Of a stretch of 63,973 nucleotides of DNA, positions 26,763 through 40,451 are shown piece by piece. The notes beneath the pieces were generated by a model, which worked only from the letters and a program-made list of their open reading frames with translations, was not told the origin of the DNA and did not search any database. Position numbers and translations under genes: made by a program. The number at the start of each line of letters is the position of its first letter. Position 1 is the stretch's first letter. The DNA is taken from positions 1 through 63,973 of the forward strand of contig MQRK01173128.1 of NCBI GenBank assembly GCA_001938485.1, given 5' to 3'. The stretch comes from Girardia tigrina. Taxonomy: Eukaryota.

Positions 26763-26870
26763 CATCTTGTTGTTGTTATTATTATTCGGATTAATGGCAA
26801 TTGCTGGCCCAAGTTCAGTGTAAGGCAAAAGTTTTGGTGAATAAGGTAAGACATATGGGCAATTTGAAAT
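26763..26870 (-). CDS. KH gene exon following the KH domain
   Basis: TTATTTAG|...|GTACTT; ISNCPYVLPYSPKLLPYTELGPAIAINPNNNNNNKM; VLPYSPK resembles PCBP TIPYRPK at the equivalent exon start. Confidence 0.75.
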
Positions 26871-27151
26871 CTAAATAAAAATTATATAATTTCAATAATA
26901 TTACAATGGAAAAATTGAAAGACAAAAAGTTACGAAATATCTTGATTCGTCTTTATGTGACCACAACCGTCTTACAAATCATATATAGCATCAAACTTCC
27001 ATAATAATTAAAATATAGGAAAGTCTAAATTTACGACAAAAATGTTTACGCAGACTATCAAATGAAACTTGAAAAGTTTATTTCTGAAAATGGAGTTTAA
27101 AGATCAATTTTTAATAAGAAATACCTTTCTGATATATGGAGAAATGGTGGA

Positions 27152-27186
<35 letters not shown>

Positions 27187-27221
27187 CTTTATTATTAGAG
27201 TACAAAATGACCTCACCAATT

Positions 27222-27563
27222 ATGAGGGGTTAGTTTAAATTTGCATTTCGCCAAAATAATTTATTATTATTTTTTTTTAAATTTAAAAAAAAGTAAATTA
27301 AAAGATTGAAATGTAAAGTAAAAATATCATAAAATTTAAATACTTATTTAAAATTGGCGAAATAATTGAAATAACAAGAAATTTGTTTAAATCTGTGAAT
27401 TGTTGATATAAGTAAAGATTTTGGTGTTAAATTATGAGTGCTGAATTTGATAATAATGAAAGTGGCATAAACGTTACTTACTATAATTTAGTTAATATTA
27501 TATATATATATATNNNNNNNNNNNNNNNNNNNNNNNNNNNNNNNNNNNNNNNNNNNNNNNNNN

Positions 27564-27599
<36 letters not shown>

Positions 27600-30500
27600 C
27601 TAATATCGAATAATACTTTATAATATTTTATCGAAAAAACAAGCTCCTGTTAAAAGATTTTCACACAAAATATTGAAAAACAAACAATTAAATAACATAA
27701 AAAAATATTTCCATGAAATTATTGAAAAGATTATTAAACTAAAAGACGTTTCTGATACGTGAAAATAAAAATGGAGCAAATAAATTATTGGAAAGTATAA
27801 AGAAAAAAAGATAAAACTAAATATATAATATATAAATATATTATTTTTCTTTAGTCAAAAGTTGTCAAAATAACTCAATACTTTATATTTATATTGAAAT
27901 TTTTAAAAAAAATTATAAATATAATTTTTTATCCTCAATTCGTATAAAATGATTTTGTTTCATTTCTCGAAATTCCATTTTAAAATTACTTTGGAGAATC
28001 TGAAAACGTTTTCATTAAGACAGAAAGCGTAACATGAAACTTTAATTTTAAACTTTAATTAAGCTAAAACTAACTGTGTAACTGGAACAAGGAGGTTGTT
28101 GTTATTAAATATAAGTTTGTTTATTGTTTGTATAAATCTTAATTGTTTAATTAGTATTCAGGTTATGATCACTGAGCAAATCTGCTTTCTGTTCGGCCAT
28201 GATCCGCTTGGAAATATTTTAATGTAACAAAAATGTTTATTTTGGATCGCTTTGTTTGTTTACATTAGGAAATTAGGATTATAAATTTNNNNNNNNNNNN
28301 NNNNNNNNNNNNNNNNNNNNNNNNNNNNNNNNNNNNNNNNNNNNNNNNNNNNNNNNNNNNNNNNNNNNNNNNNNNNNNNNNNNNNNNNNNNNNNNNNNNN
28401 NNNNNNNNNNNNNNNNNNNNNNNNNNNNNNNNNNNNNNNNNNNNNNTTCAAATGATTGTTTTCAAATTCTAAATTGGGATAATGTAATAAGAATCTTCAA
28501 ATATTTTCAATAATCAATTTCTTACAAAAGTATATATATATGTGTGTGTGTGTGTGTTAAGAGCAGTGCCATAATTAATATTAAAACATTTGTTATTATT
28601 ACAATCAGACTCAACGCCGAGATAACTCTCGGAAGATCCTTCACCAATTGTGATCATTCGAATTAGCGTTATTTCTGCATTTTTATTAGTCATTATTCAA
28701 AAAATGTCTTCGTTTTTCAATAGAATGTAATATTTATTTAATTTTAGAATACTAAGAGATGCTCGAGAATCTGATTGTGATGTTATTCTGATTAATCCTT
28801 TCTTTCCTCTTTTCCAGCTTGATTCCATAACTTTGAGACCGAGAACCGGAATAATGTTTTAACTAGGCAGATGAGTAAAAGAGCGCAACATTTTTTGATG
28901 TAATTTGAAACAAATCAGCGTTTACAACAAGTAAATTATTCATTGATTTATTTATAAATCGAAAAAAAACTGTAATGAATAAATTTTAATGTTGATTAAA
29001 ATGTACATTATTTTATTTTTAAAAAATCTTTTCATGAGAAATATTGTAATTTACAAACATATTATTTTTAAATATATATAAAATTTATAGGATGTCCTTA
29101 TGGCAAATAGCATAAGCCTCTTACAAGGATTAAATAAATTTGAATTTTATCATAATGGGAATCAAATCAGTAAAAACAGAAAACTCATCCTTTGAAACAG
29201 AGAGAGATTTTATTTTTACAATATTATCATTGATCAAGAACCTTACTCGATCGACCTGATCCAGGGTTTGAGTTTATTTTGTAAGGAATGTAATATTATG
29301 ATGTAGATCATTCAAGATTTTAAGAATGGTTCAATATGGGATTGGTTTTTGAAAACAAGAAAAATGTCATCTACATATATCTTATAGAGCACAGACTTTT
29401 CACTGGTTATGTATCGATTTTATTCTCAAGAGACTTCATAAAAAATGATTCCAACGTTTGTGCTAATCGAGAACCTATTACGACTCACTCTTTCTGAATT
29501 TATCATTTATCGATAAAATGAAATTGCACATTTTTGGCCGAAAATTTGAGAAGTTCTTTCACTGCGTCTTTGTTCATTACTTCATTCACAGAGTCTGTAA
29601 GTAGCGCTTATGCCACTTTCAGTATTATTAAATTCCGAAATCATAATTTAACACCAATATTTATTAATATCAAAAATTCACATATTTAAACAAATTTCTT
29701 AATAATTCAATTATTTTGCCCAAAATTAAATGATTAAATTTTTTCGATTAACTTTTGAAAATTTACAAAGTTTAAACCATAAATTAATTCAAACATTTTA
29801 CGAAACTTTATCATAAAAACTAATTAATTTAAATTTACAATAAACCATTTTATTAAAAAAATTTATTTCTTAAAATATTAATCCGTTAATTATTTATTTT
29901 AAAATTTATTTAAACTTATTTCATAAATTTTATTAAAATATATCAATTGTTATTACTGTAAGCATATTTTAAATAATTATTTATTTTATCATATTTTTAC
30001 TCTACATTTTATTTTTTTAATTTATTTCTTTTAAATTTTCAAATTAAAAAATAATAAACTATTTTGGTGAAACTTAAATTTAAACTACCCCCTTATATAG
30101 TCAAAATTATTATTCCATCATTTTTTTAACAAATCAAGAGTTTCATCGATGGGAATATTCGTAAATTAACTGGAGAGAATAAATGAGACCATACATTCAG
30201 AATCGGCTTTAAATATTTGTTAGAGTATGTATATTTGGAAGCGTTATATTACCTTTAATAAGTAATACTATCGTGGTTTAATACAATTCAATATATTCAA
30301 TAAAATTCCCCGTTTCACGATAACGAAATATACCTTTATCCCAGTATTTCACATATTATACTAAATTTGGATTAAGGAATGTGTCACAAGCAAATGTCAA
30401 ACTAGTGTCCCTAATTCGAATTTATTAAATCCCTGGAAGAGGCTCAATGGTATTCGCCATAAAGACGCCCTATAATTTTTTATATAAATTTAAAAAATAT

Positions 30501-30622
30501 GTTTGTAAATTACAACATTTTTCATGAAAGGATTTTTAAAAATAAAAAATGTACATTTTAATGAATATTAAAATTTATTCATTACACTTTTTTCGATTTA
30601 GGAATAATTCAATGAATAATTT
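27222..30622. repeat. two interleaved inverted-repeat pairs (A 27222-27482 / A' 29597-30097; B 28932-29146 / B' 30413-30622)
   Basis: Direct reverse-complement similarity, e.g. GAAAGTGGCATAA/TTATGCCACTTTC and TTTACAAACATAT/ATATGTTTGTAAA. Confidence 0.7.
29165..29595 (-). mobile_element. decayed Penelope-like fragment (RT and GIY-YIG pieces)
   Basis: KELLKFSAKNVQFHF..IGSRLAQTL..FM and LYKIYVDDIFLVF; 29175-29270 matches 63460-63570. Confidence 0.8.
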
Positions 30623-33603
30623 AACATTTAAAATATTATACAACAGACAAATTATAATGAAAAACAGTTTTTTTAAGTCTCATGGAAAATCAAAGACATA
30701 TAAAAATATTAACTTATTAATTAAGTAAATTCAATTGATTATTGAAAGAAGTGACATATGTTCCTTTTGATTGACGTTGGGATCGAAAGATTATCAAAAT
30801 AATTGAAGAATTTCCCCTTTTTTCAATAATATTTGCAGACCACAATGTTAATAAACTTATGGAAAATAACATTTTAGCATTTTTTCATCAACAATCAAAG
30901 AAAAAAAAGTTGTTGTATTTTTAATAATTTTAATAATAATTTTTAAAAATTTTTTGTCTTAAATTTCTCTTTCATCTTTTGAGATAAAAATCTGTTTTTC
31001 TAATGAACCAGTCTTGCTTCATTCCGGGACAATCAGATTTATACATCAGATTAAGTCTCAGTGTGAGGTCGGTTCTCGAGTTTTGATGAGACAGAAACAT
31101 TTCTAAGGTAATAATATTAATGTTATATTACATCCTCGAAAAAAGAAGATCTGGCGACAATGCGATCCCTATAGTTTCACCTCTGAATTCGTATATTTAA
31201 TTACTCTTTAGTGTGTCACTATTATAATTAGTTTATCCTTTAAAACTTTTGTAAAAGTTAATGTTTGTAAAGATTTTTTGTAAAAATCTCTGTTATATTA
31301 TATATAATATTTTTTAGTGAAAATTTTTGTTTTGATTAGTTCATATTGCTACTTATTGATATCATGGAGGTAAATTTTAAAATTAATGATAAGTGCATTT
31401 TCAGTTGTTTGTTATTTTAATTCTTTTATTGATTTATTATTATTTTTGTTTATTGGAATAGTTGCGTAGCAACGTTTGTTTACTAAAAATAAATAAAGAT
31501 CTCAGTTAATTAAGCTTATAAAAATTCGCATGTAAAATCTATTTGAAAAAGATGCCGAAAATAAATTTCATAGACAATTCACACGAAAAATCGTTTAATT
31601 GAAGTCAAATTTTTATAAGTGTGAAATTAGGAACCGACTAGTATGTTTTTGCCATAAATAATCCAATGTTATATACTGACGAAATATTCCGAGCAGAATT
31701 TATTGAAATATACACAGATGATGCTAATCCCATTATAAAAAATCTTGGAGAATATATGCACTTGTTTTTATTACATTTCTTTCTTCACAATTCGATTAGT
31801 TCAAATTAATCGGTCATATCAATCAAATATGTTCTTGCACCCTCATCAACCAGGAGGCGTAAACTCTAACTTAAAACTATTTTTTATTTTCTACGGTGAA
31901 AATTCCTATTGAAGCAGCAAATTTAATTAGACCGTTTAATTTTACAAAATCGTTTTTGAGGAATGCAGGTTGTATAGTATATCAAAAAAGAATCGAAGAT
32001 CTCTCGTATAACGCGTACAATTTAGTGTCCACTTTTGAAACAGAATTATAATTATATGTATTTCGTCATTCTATTTATAATTATAAAACTTTTAATTAAT
32101 TAGTATTTAAAAATTAATTTCATTAATTTAATTTCATTAGATTTAAATAATTATTCAATGACATATCAATCCCATCTGAGTAGGAGAGTCACCAATCTAA
32201 ACAGCATACAAACAACAAACTTACAACATTCCGAATTTTCAATCACAATATGTATATCTTCAGATACATCATTATCAACAACAAGATACAATCTTTTTGG
32301 ATTTCGGCACGAAGATCATTAGATCAATGGCGAGTAGATCAAATTGCAGATCTGGTACATCACGAGAAAATAAATTTTGGCTGACAAACGCGCATGACCT
32401 AACAAACTCTAACACTGTGATTCTCAAGATTAGATCTCATGCACAAATTCGATCGTCAATCAAAACAAGATTTAGGATGCAATATCTTAATGGTCCGTGT
32501 AATCCTTCCTATTGTTCTTCTTATAGTATATATTAACTAATGTGCTTTAAACATTGATCACAGATTTCCTCTATAAGTATATGTTTTCATTGAAATGGTT
32601 TCTGAGAATTCCTAAAAATAACATTTTAAATATTAAAATAAATTTAAATGAAAGTAAAAATTTCAAATATTTTAATTGTTACTTTCTCAATGACATGTGT
32701 CTGCATAAAAATATGTACTTGGTAAAAATGACTTGTCATAGAGATGGGTGATAGAAAATAAATAGAAATTTGAAAATTTAAAAAGAAACAGTAATACATT
32801 TTTATAAAATATTTTAATTTGCTACAAAATGTGCACTTAAGGAAAAATAAAAAAAGTTTTTCTTAATTTGCTTGTAATGGAGACACTTTTTTGTTATCTC
32901 CGTTGACGGATTTGGGAGCATAGTTGGCGGCTGAAGACAGGAATAGAGTTTGTATAAAATTACCGATTCTTAAATATAAGTGTTTTCAAAATCGAGTAAA
33001 GCAAAGATTTAAAATCATTAGAACAACAAAACTTCCACTGTAGGGAAATTAAAAAAATATAATATCTCATTATGCTTATTTTGATAAATCATTTAACTTG
33101 TTTTTCGTAATTACAAGAGAAAAAGTTAAATTGTTTTCAACTGTGAGACTATTACGATATTTTGTTTTTAAATAACCTATTGCCTACGCATTTCAGCCAT
33201 TACAAGTATATTTAAAATGTGATATTCAAACTTCACTCTCAACTTCTCTGTTAAACATTCTAAAACCGAGTCTGACACTAATTGATTGAATAAACTGTAA
33301 AACTTATGTTAATTTAATAAATGATACTTCAATAAAATCCTCTAATTGAAATTTATCAATTAAAGGAAAATATTCATTATCAGTTGTGATTATTTATTAA
33401 TTTGTTTAAGTATTTTAAAAAGATTGTAAACATTAAATATTTTCTATTTGTTTAAATTATGACTGCTGAATTGAAACTTGGAGATTTAACTTTATCAAAT
33501 ATATCGGATATTGCCAAATATTAATGTGATGAACATATTTTTGTCGTTATGTTATTTTTTAGTCACACTTTTAGAGAGCTAAGAAAATTTTGAAAACATT
33601 ATA

Positions 33604-33990
33604 CAGTCGACTTCGAATAACTCAAATACAGTAGATTTCGCTTATAGAGAACTTGCTTAAAGAGAATAAAATCGGCTAAAGAGAACTTTTTGGGTTTTTT
33701 TTTAACTTTTGGAACTTTTTTTTAAAAAATAAATGTGTTGATTAGTAAAGTTTTTTTTTGATATTTTTTTTAAAAATTATCCTTATAAAAAAGTATATGT
33801 TAAAGAAAAATATCGGTTATAGAGAACATTTTTTCAAGTCCCAAAAATATTCTCTTTAAGCGGTATCTACTGTATCAGGTTTACTATATATGTTGTGGTT
33901 GTCCCGAAGGAGAGTGCATAAATGTACGTTGCAGTAACATCGGATAACTCGATAAACCGCTTTACTCAATACAGTCTGTGGATCCATACA
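33604..33990. mobile_element. nested pogo/Tigger-type MITEs (inner 33629-33872)
   Basis: Inner TA|CAGTAGATTTCGCTTATAGAGAA...TTCTCTTTAAGCGGTATCTACTG|TA inside an outer CAGTCGACTTCGAATAACTC element. Confidence 0.75.
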
Positions 33991-34163
33991 GTATAAATAT
34001 TTACATAAATCGATATTTACTGTCTACATTATGTGTACTTGTTATTTTGTTTAGAAAAACATTCAAGAGTCACAATATTTGGACAGATCTCCCTATTCGG
34101 CAATATCCGTTCAAATAATATATTTATTAAAAATACATTTTTAGACACTTTCACTAAACTTAC

Positions 34164-34292
34164 TTCTACTAAAATTCTGCACAGTTCTAAAATACAATTT
34201 GCAACGGAATCTGAAGATCCAGAAAGAGTAAGGAGTCTTTCTGAGGAGGCTGTGATGAATTCCATTCCAAATAAAATTGTTGCATCTGTTGA
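34164..34292 (-). CDS. KH domain second-half exon, PCBP/hnRNP E/mub-like RNA-binding protein
   Basis: AAATTAG|STDATILFGMEFITASSERLLTLSGSSDSVANCILELCRILVE|GTAAGT; aligns with PCBP [36 protein letters not shown].VMLE with the same exon limits. Confidence 0.9.
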
Positions 34293-35499
34293 CTAATTTA
34301 AAAAAAAATTAAGTTTTACTAAATTATTATATTTTTAAATTATTAAAATTTAATTTTATTAAAAAAAACTGATCGTATAAAAACACATTCAGTTGGAACG
34401 GGAAATAAATGTCATAATGCAAGAGGAAGCGATCAGATCTGCATGAGTACACATTTTAATGTATAAAAAATTTAATATCCTTTAGGAAATTTAGACCGTA
34501 ATTTTTGGAGCTTTATGTTAACCAATTATTCAAAATTTACTCGAATTCAAATGCCATAATCTGCTTGACATTGGCAACACATGCAATCACTTCGATTAGT
34601 GTCAAAAGAAATAAATACGTTCTTTGATACTTTTTTTAAGATCTTAGAGAGGGAAACTTTCCCTGAAGAATATTCTTCCATAAAACTTGATTATAAAAAT
34701 AATTAAGCTACGCCTTTTCATAAAATGAAGAATATCAATCAAGGTTTTTTCTCAAAAAATACCCAATAATCTCTGGTGGAAGTAGCGGGATTGTATAATG
34801 GATGCTGTAGATGCCTATCTGCAAATTTAGTAATTGATCAACTAGGATATTGTAAATGAAGATCTTGAATGAAGGACTTTTGTTAGAGACTTCAAATTGA
34901 CTGGCTAATTATCATACTGAAAATCTTTTTGTGGTATGTCTCAAAGAAATACGGACCCTTTAGATTCTTTCCTAGAATTGGGAATGTGGAGACTCAATAT
35001 TTTTTCCTTCTATTCAATTCATTAGGAATTTTCTTTCACATGTCTATATTCTTAATTAGTGTTTTTCAAAGATAGCAACAAAGAGGTTATTAAAAAATAT
35101 ACAAATAGGAATCCGAAAAATAAAATATCAACAAAAAACAAAATTATTTTGTACTTTTGTAAAAACAAGCATTTCTGATGTTGCTCAAATTTGTTAGTGT
35201 AAATAAAAATAAAATTTATTATTGTTAAAATGCATAAAAGTAAAAAATAATTCAAAATTCCAAACTAATTTCGGTTTTAATAATTTAAATTATATTTTTT
35301 TATCAGTATCAATACTTATTTTCGTCAATTTTTTATAAATTTATTAATTTCAAACATTTTAAAAACCAAATCTTCACGAAAACATTTTCCATTTAATGAC
35401 AGAACACCTTAATGATTGCAAAAAATATTATAACATCCTCATTTAACATTACTATTGAAATCAAATTCAACCATAAATCGTCTTTTTAAAAATACATTC

Positions 35500-36671
35500 A
35501 CGATCTTTTGGCGGAAATTAAACATTGGAATACGCTGCCTTAATTCACATAATTATGACAGTGCGTTAATGAAGAACATAGGTTATTTTCATTTTGATGT
35601 TATGATTATTGAATTTTAATCTTAGAAATTATTCAATTAATTTACAAAGATTTTACAAATGAGGAAATAGTCTTCTCAACATTATCAAGCATCATATTTA
35701 ATTGAATAGAAACAAGTCAAATGTCTTTTAATCGATTTTAGAGGCAACATCTGCGTGAACAATACTTAACTAATAAAATAGGTTCAACTTACCACTCTCA
35801 ACGAAGGGTTGCTGATGTTGTCGATTTATCAGTTTTCTCCGCGAAAAAAATTGAAAGAAGAGATAATTAGGCCCTGGAAATTTGTTTGTGTTCAGGAGGT
35901 CATACTGAATTTATATCTAAAACTACTTCCCTTTGCTCGTATTATTCTACAAAAACGAAATGGGACGTCAATTGTACACATAATATTGTGTACAGTGATG
36001 AAGTAGCATTTCATGTCAATGGTTTCATTAACCACTAGAACTCATTTACTTATTCTGTCAATAAAGCCCATTAAATTTGAAGAAAAAGATGAAATCACCA
36101 TCAATTTCTTGCTGGGCATTAATTTCTCAAAAAATTGGCATACGTTTTAACGTATTGACTTGATTTTGAACTAAGAAATCTCTATAAACATATTGAACAC
36201 TTTGGTTTTCCTATTGTTGCTTGATAAACGAAATCGGAGCTTTTTGTACCAACAAGTTTACGTTATTTCACTTTTCGCTAACAATGTATTAAAGGAAATT
36301 AATTTAAAATTGGAAAAGCAATGATGTGATGGTATTATTGAATGGCGTACAAGAACCACGAATGTGACACCCAACGACTTTTGGTAATGGGGTAATATTT
36401 CGATGCAGTCTTGTTAATAGTCTTACTGAATTAATTAATAAACTTTCTTATCTTTTGGAAAACGCCGCTCGTATTAATTATTTTAAACAGATTGAGAACT
36501 TTTAGTGGTATGCAATAGTGGCCATTTCCATAACTTCATACGAAACTACGCTTATTGAACAGTTACAATATGCGTTGTATTGTGTTTCATTGTCGAAAAA
36601 TATTTATATCTTGATTTCTGTCCTTACTTATTTTAATGTTAAAAATCCACCAGAACATCGCAAACACCCTG
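35500..36671 (+). mobile_element. rosa/maT-like transposase remnant
   Basis: IVYSDEVAFHVNG, WRTRTTNVTPNDFW*WG (WP.RSPDLTP.DF.LWG-like); end ACATCGCAAACACCCTG. Confidence 0.6.
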
Positions 36672-36682
36672 CACTTATATAT

Positions 36683-36935
36683 AACTAGGAAATCAAAAAA
36701 TTAAATTTTTTATATCCATTCTTTATGCAGAAAAAACTATACTTTGCAAACAAAGTTTTTATAATTTAAAAAATTTTAAATAAAAAAAACAATATAAAAT
36801 AATAAAAACTACTTTTTATTTATAAGGAGTTATCTTGCAATTAATATTGTTCTGGAACTTCAAATTTTCAGTTTTTTCCCATTTTGGGACTTTAAAAATT
36901 TGACTTTTAACAAGATTGTATCGAAATATCACCCC
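36683..36935 (+). mobile_element. DINE-1-like repeat, copy 3 (partial)
   Basis: AACTAG...AAATTTTTATATCCATT...TTTTGGGAC is homologous to the 12351 copy. Confidence 0.65.
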
Positions 36936-36946
36936 ATTACCATATA

Positions 36947-37406
36947 CAGGTAGTCGTCGACTTACGACCACGATTGGTTCCGACAGACCGTTCGTAACAC
37001 GATTTGGTCGTAAGTTGAGTAGGCTATATGTACAGTACTGTGCAACTGGTACAACTGGTTTAATATTTGCAAAACATACAAAATTACAAAATACAGGTTT
37101 AAAAAATACAATAGGAAACATTTTTCCAATTGCAAAACATAACATATACAAATATATAGACATGTAAGAAACATTTTATTGGCCGCTGGTGCTTGGCTGC
37201 GGATCATTGATGTCGTCATCTGAGGCAGCAGTTGGGGTTACCGGAGTTGGTTTTTCCATAAACATTGTGAGCATTGTCTAAATTGTTTGTTTCTTTTTTT
37301 CTTCATAAATTTCACGATACGGACGAAACACATCATGCGCCATTCGATTGTGGTCGTAAAGTCGAATGATCGTAAGTTTTATAGGTCGTAAGTCGACGAC
37401 TACCTG
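36947..37406 (-). mobile_element. Tigger-like non-autonomous element with perfect 23-bp TIRs
   Basis: TA|CAGGTAGTCGTCGACTTACGACC ... GGTCGTAAGTCGACGACTACCTG|TA; internal YREIYEEKKKQT resembles the Tigger transposase C-terminus. Confidence 0.9.
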
Positions 37407-38475
37407 TATATAGAAAGTTAGCTAATAACAAGAATGGAAAAAAGGAAGTTTGTTTGTTTGTTATACGTTTAGTATTGTATTTTCATAAGAAATCAAATTT
37501 GAAACAAATATTCTCCCGTCAATAGGAAGAAAAGCGTTATTTATTGAAATAATGTAAAACCGGAAAAACATCTGAGTTTTGTTTTTAAGAAACCAGATTT
37601 CAGTATTTTAAAACTTTTGAAAACTGTATTTTATTTATAATTTTGGATACAACAGAATAAAACGAAGAGTGATTTTAGAGAAAAGCTTTTGCAAGTTTTG
37701 ATATCGGTACTCTCTTTATGTCATATACATTTATTAAAAAATCTCATTAATGATCGATCAAATTGTAAAATTAAAAATTTAGTTCCTCTGATCGAAATAC
37801 ATTCTAAAAGCGTTTTTCATTTATTTTTTATGATTTGCGAGTGTTTAACGTAAAACGTTTAAGTTAAAGCTTTTTTTACTTTTTTTTATAATTTATACCG
37901 TTTTTTAAATAACAAAAATTAAAACAAGTGAAAGATAATGTTTATTATAGTTAAAATGTTATCAAACCATTTATTGTTCTTTTTTCCTTCCTCAATTATT
38001 TCTATCACCTGAACAATATTTGATTGAAACACCATTATTAATGGAAAATATCAGTAATCAAAATGTTTTAATTGCAAAAATAATTAAATGTTAATGGGAT
38101 AATTATTTTTTTCTCTGATTTATTCTGGCCTTTTTCCGTAACATTTGGCAAAGTTAATTCTCTAAGTGGCCGAGGCGTAAGTCAGACTCTTCAATAGCAA
38201 GCCTTAATAAACGGAATCATTTTGATGATTTTATGACTTATTTTTAGTTGTACAACAATAAAAGTTTTATATTGTCCAAAAATTATTTCACAATACATAT
38301 ATGATGGATTTTTATTTTATAGTAATCATAGAACTATTGTGTATTTTTTACTTAAATTAACAACCTTTGAAAAGCTTATTTAAATTATAACCGTGTATAG
38401 TGCAAATAAGGAGTCAAATTATAAAAAAATAACAAACCTATAGGCCCTCTAAAATTTTTTAATTCCGTCATAATA

Positions 38476-39085
38476 TTATGTTGAGGAATAAGTTCCCGCC
38501 GTTTTTTTGAATTTTTAATCAATTTTTAATCAGTTTAATATTTAAATCAAATTTTTTGATGTAATGTTATATGTTATTTGAAAGCTATTGTTTTACTCTA
38601 AAAATGGTGTATTTTGTTTTTTTATTCAGATTAATTTTTGTCGATTTTTAGACCATTGAAATGGAGTGTCAAGTCGACAAAAATGAGCATTTCTGACACC
38701 ATCTATTGTTTGCGTATAATCGAGGTGCCAAAGCCGCAGACGCTGCCCGAGAGCTTTCTGCTGTATACGGAGAAGGTGCTATAGCTGATAGAACCGCTCG
38801 TGATTGGTTCGCAAAATTTAAAATTGGCAATTTTGACCTCAAGGATGCACCTCATTTAGGACGGCCAAATGAATTCGATGAAGAGCGTTTGAACAAACTT
38901 CTGAATTCTTCGAGTCAAGACCGGGCGATTTCTACAAAAGAGGCATTGAAAAACTCGTTGAACGCTGGGAAGAAGTCGTGTACAATGGCGGAGATTATAT
39001 TTGTGATTAATTTGTAGTAACTTTTTTGTTAAAAAATAAAATTTTAATTTTTCAAAAAACGACGGGAACTTATTCTTCAACCCAA
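38476..39085 (+). mobile_element. internally deleted mariner (mellifera-like)
   Basis: TIRs TTATGTTGAGGAATAAGTTCCCGCCG / CGACGGGAACTTATTCTTCAACCCAA, TA flanks; N-terminal HTH joined directly to the C-terminal tail. Confidence 0.9.
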
Positions 39086-39772
39086 TATTAAAAACATTAA
39101 CAATTTCAAATATATCTTATAATTGTTTTTTAAAAATATTTATGTTATTTATCAATCATGTTAAACTATAAACACGAAATTAGTAAACTTTTCGTAAATT
39201 ATTTTTCTTATTGATTAATAAGAATACTTTATACTTAATTAAAAATAACATTTTTGAATCTTAACATTTCTAAAAAAAATGTTTTTTTCGTATTTATTTT
39301 TAAAAGTGTGCTTTTTTAATAAAAAAACTTAAAATGAAATTTAATTTATAAAAAGAACAAAATCTTTGTTTGAAAAACAACAAAATTAATTTAAAATACA
39401 AGGTCGACCAAATCAGTGACTCCACACACAATATGATAGAGTACAAATGTTTAAATGTATTCTGATTCATGTGAAACAAAAACGGGTATCATGAGTCATA
39501 TACTTACTGTGTGTTGTACTTTGTTGCATACGACTTACTCTAAATTTATTATATTTTATTTTTATTAATTAAAATCTTTTTATATTTTATTTAAATTAAT
39601 TTATAAAAATTAATAATTTCTGAAGATGATATAGGAAAGCATTTAAACTAATTATATGAACATATTTTTAAAATTACTTTATATAATTTATTTATCAAGT
39701 ATGCTAACCTAACAGTTTAAGATTTAATAATAAAAGTATGAATAAACTATTAAACAAAAATTGCAAATAATA

Positions 39773-39989
39773 CCGTATTTTAACACTTGTAACCCGCAGG
39801 TTATGTATGATTTTATCTACGCCACACACAACTCGCACGATATCAAAGTGGGTGGGGTTTCCTAAATATACTTTACACGATAGTAACTAACATTTCACGA
39901 TGACAACCAACGGTTAATGTGTGATTTTACGTACCCCAAATGTTCCTGGCGAAGAAACAATTATGAGGGTTAAATGCGTGAAAATATGG
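39773..39989. mobile_element. pogo/Tc2-like MITE
   Basis: TA|CCGTATTTT ... AAAATATGG|TA with an internal direct repeat GGTTA.TG..TGATTTTA. Confidence 0.6.
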
Positions 39990-40319
39990 TAGCCATTATT
40001 ACAATAAAGATGTCTTAAATATGTGAATTTATGACGATTTTATTTTTATACCTTGTTGGTTATATTTATGCCTCGCAAATCGGTTTTCATTTATTTGAAG
40101 TGTAAAAAATGTATTTTTTATATTATGAGAAATATTTTGATACTACTTTTATTTTATAAATACTTTAATAAAATATTCTAAAATCTTTCGAACATGGTAA
40201 CCTAATGATTTGTTTATATGCTTTAATATTTTCTTCTCTTTTATACATCAAAAAATTGTCGACAATATAAATGTAGACAAATTTTTATTCATACTTTTTG
40301 ATAAAATATAAATTAATAC

Positions 40320-40451
40320 TTCTTTCAGTTGTTTAATACGAATGCCTCCATTGCCCATGATGTTTTCATACTGAAGGGCCTGCATCAGTATTCGGATGCA
40401 CAGAGATGTCGGTGCAGCCTCACTCGACTTGTCCATCGGTTTTGAAAAATC
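40320..40451 (-). CDS. KH domain first-half exon (GxxG loop), PCBP/hnRNP E/mub-like
   Basis: TTCGAAG|DFSKPMDKSSEAAPTSLCIRILMQALQYENIMGNGGIRIKQLKE|GTATTA; aligns with PCBP [44 protein letters not shown] with the same exon limits. Confidence 0.88.
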
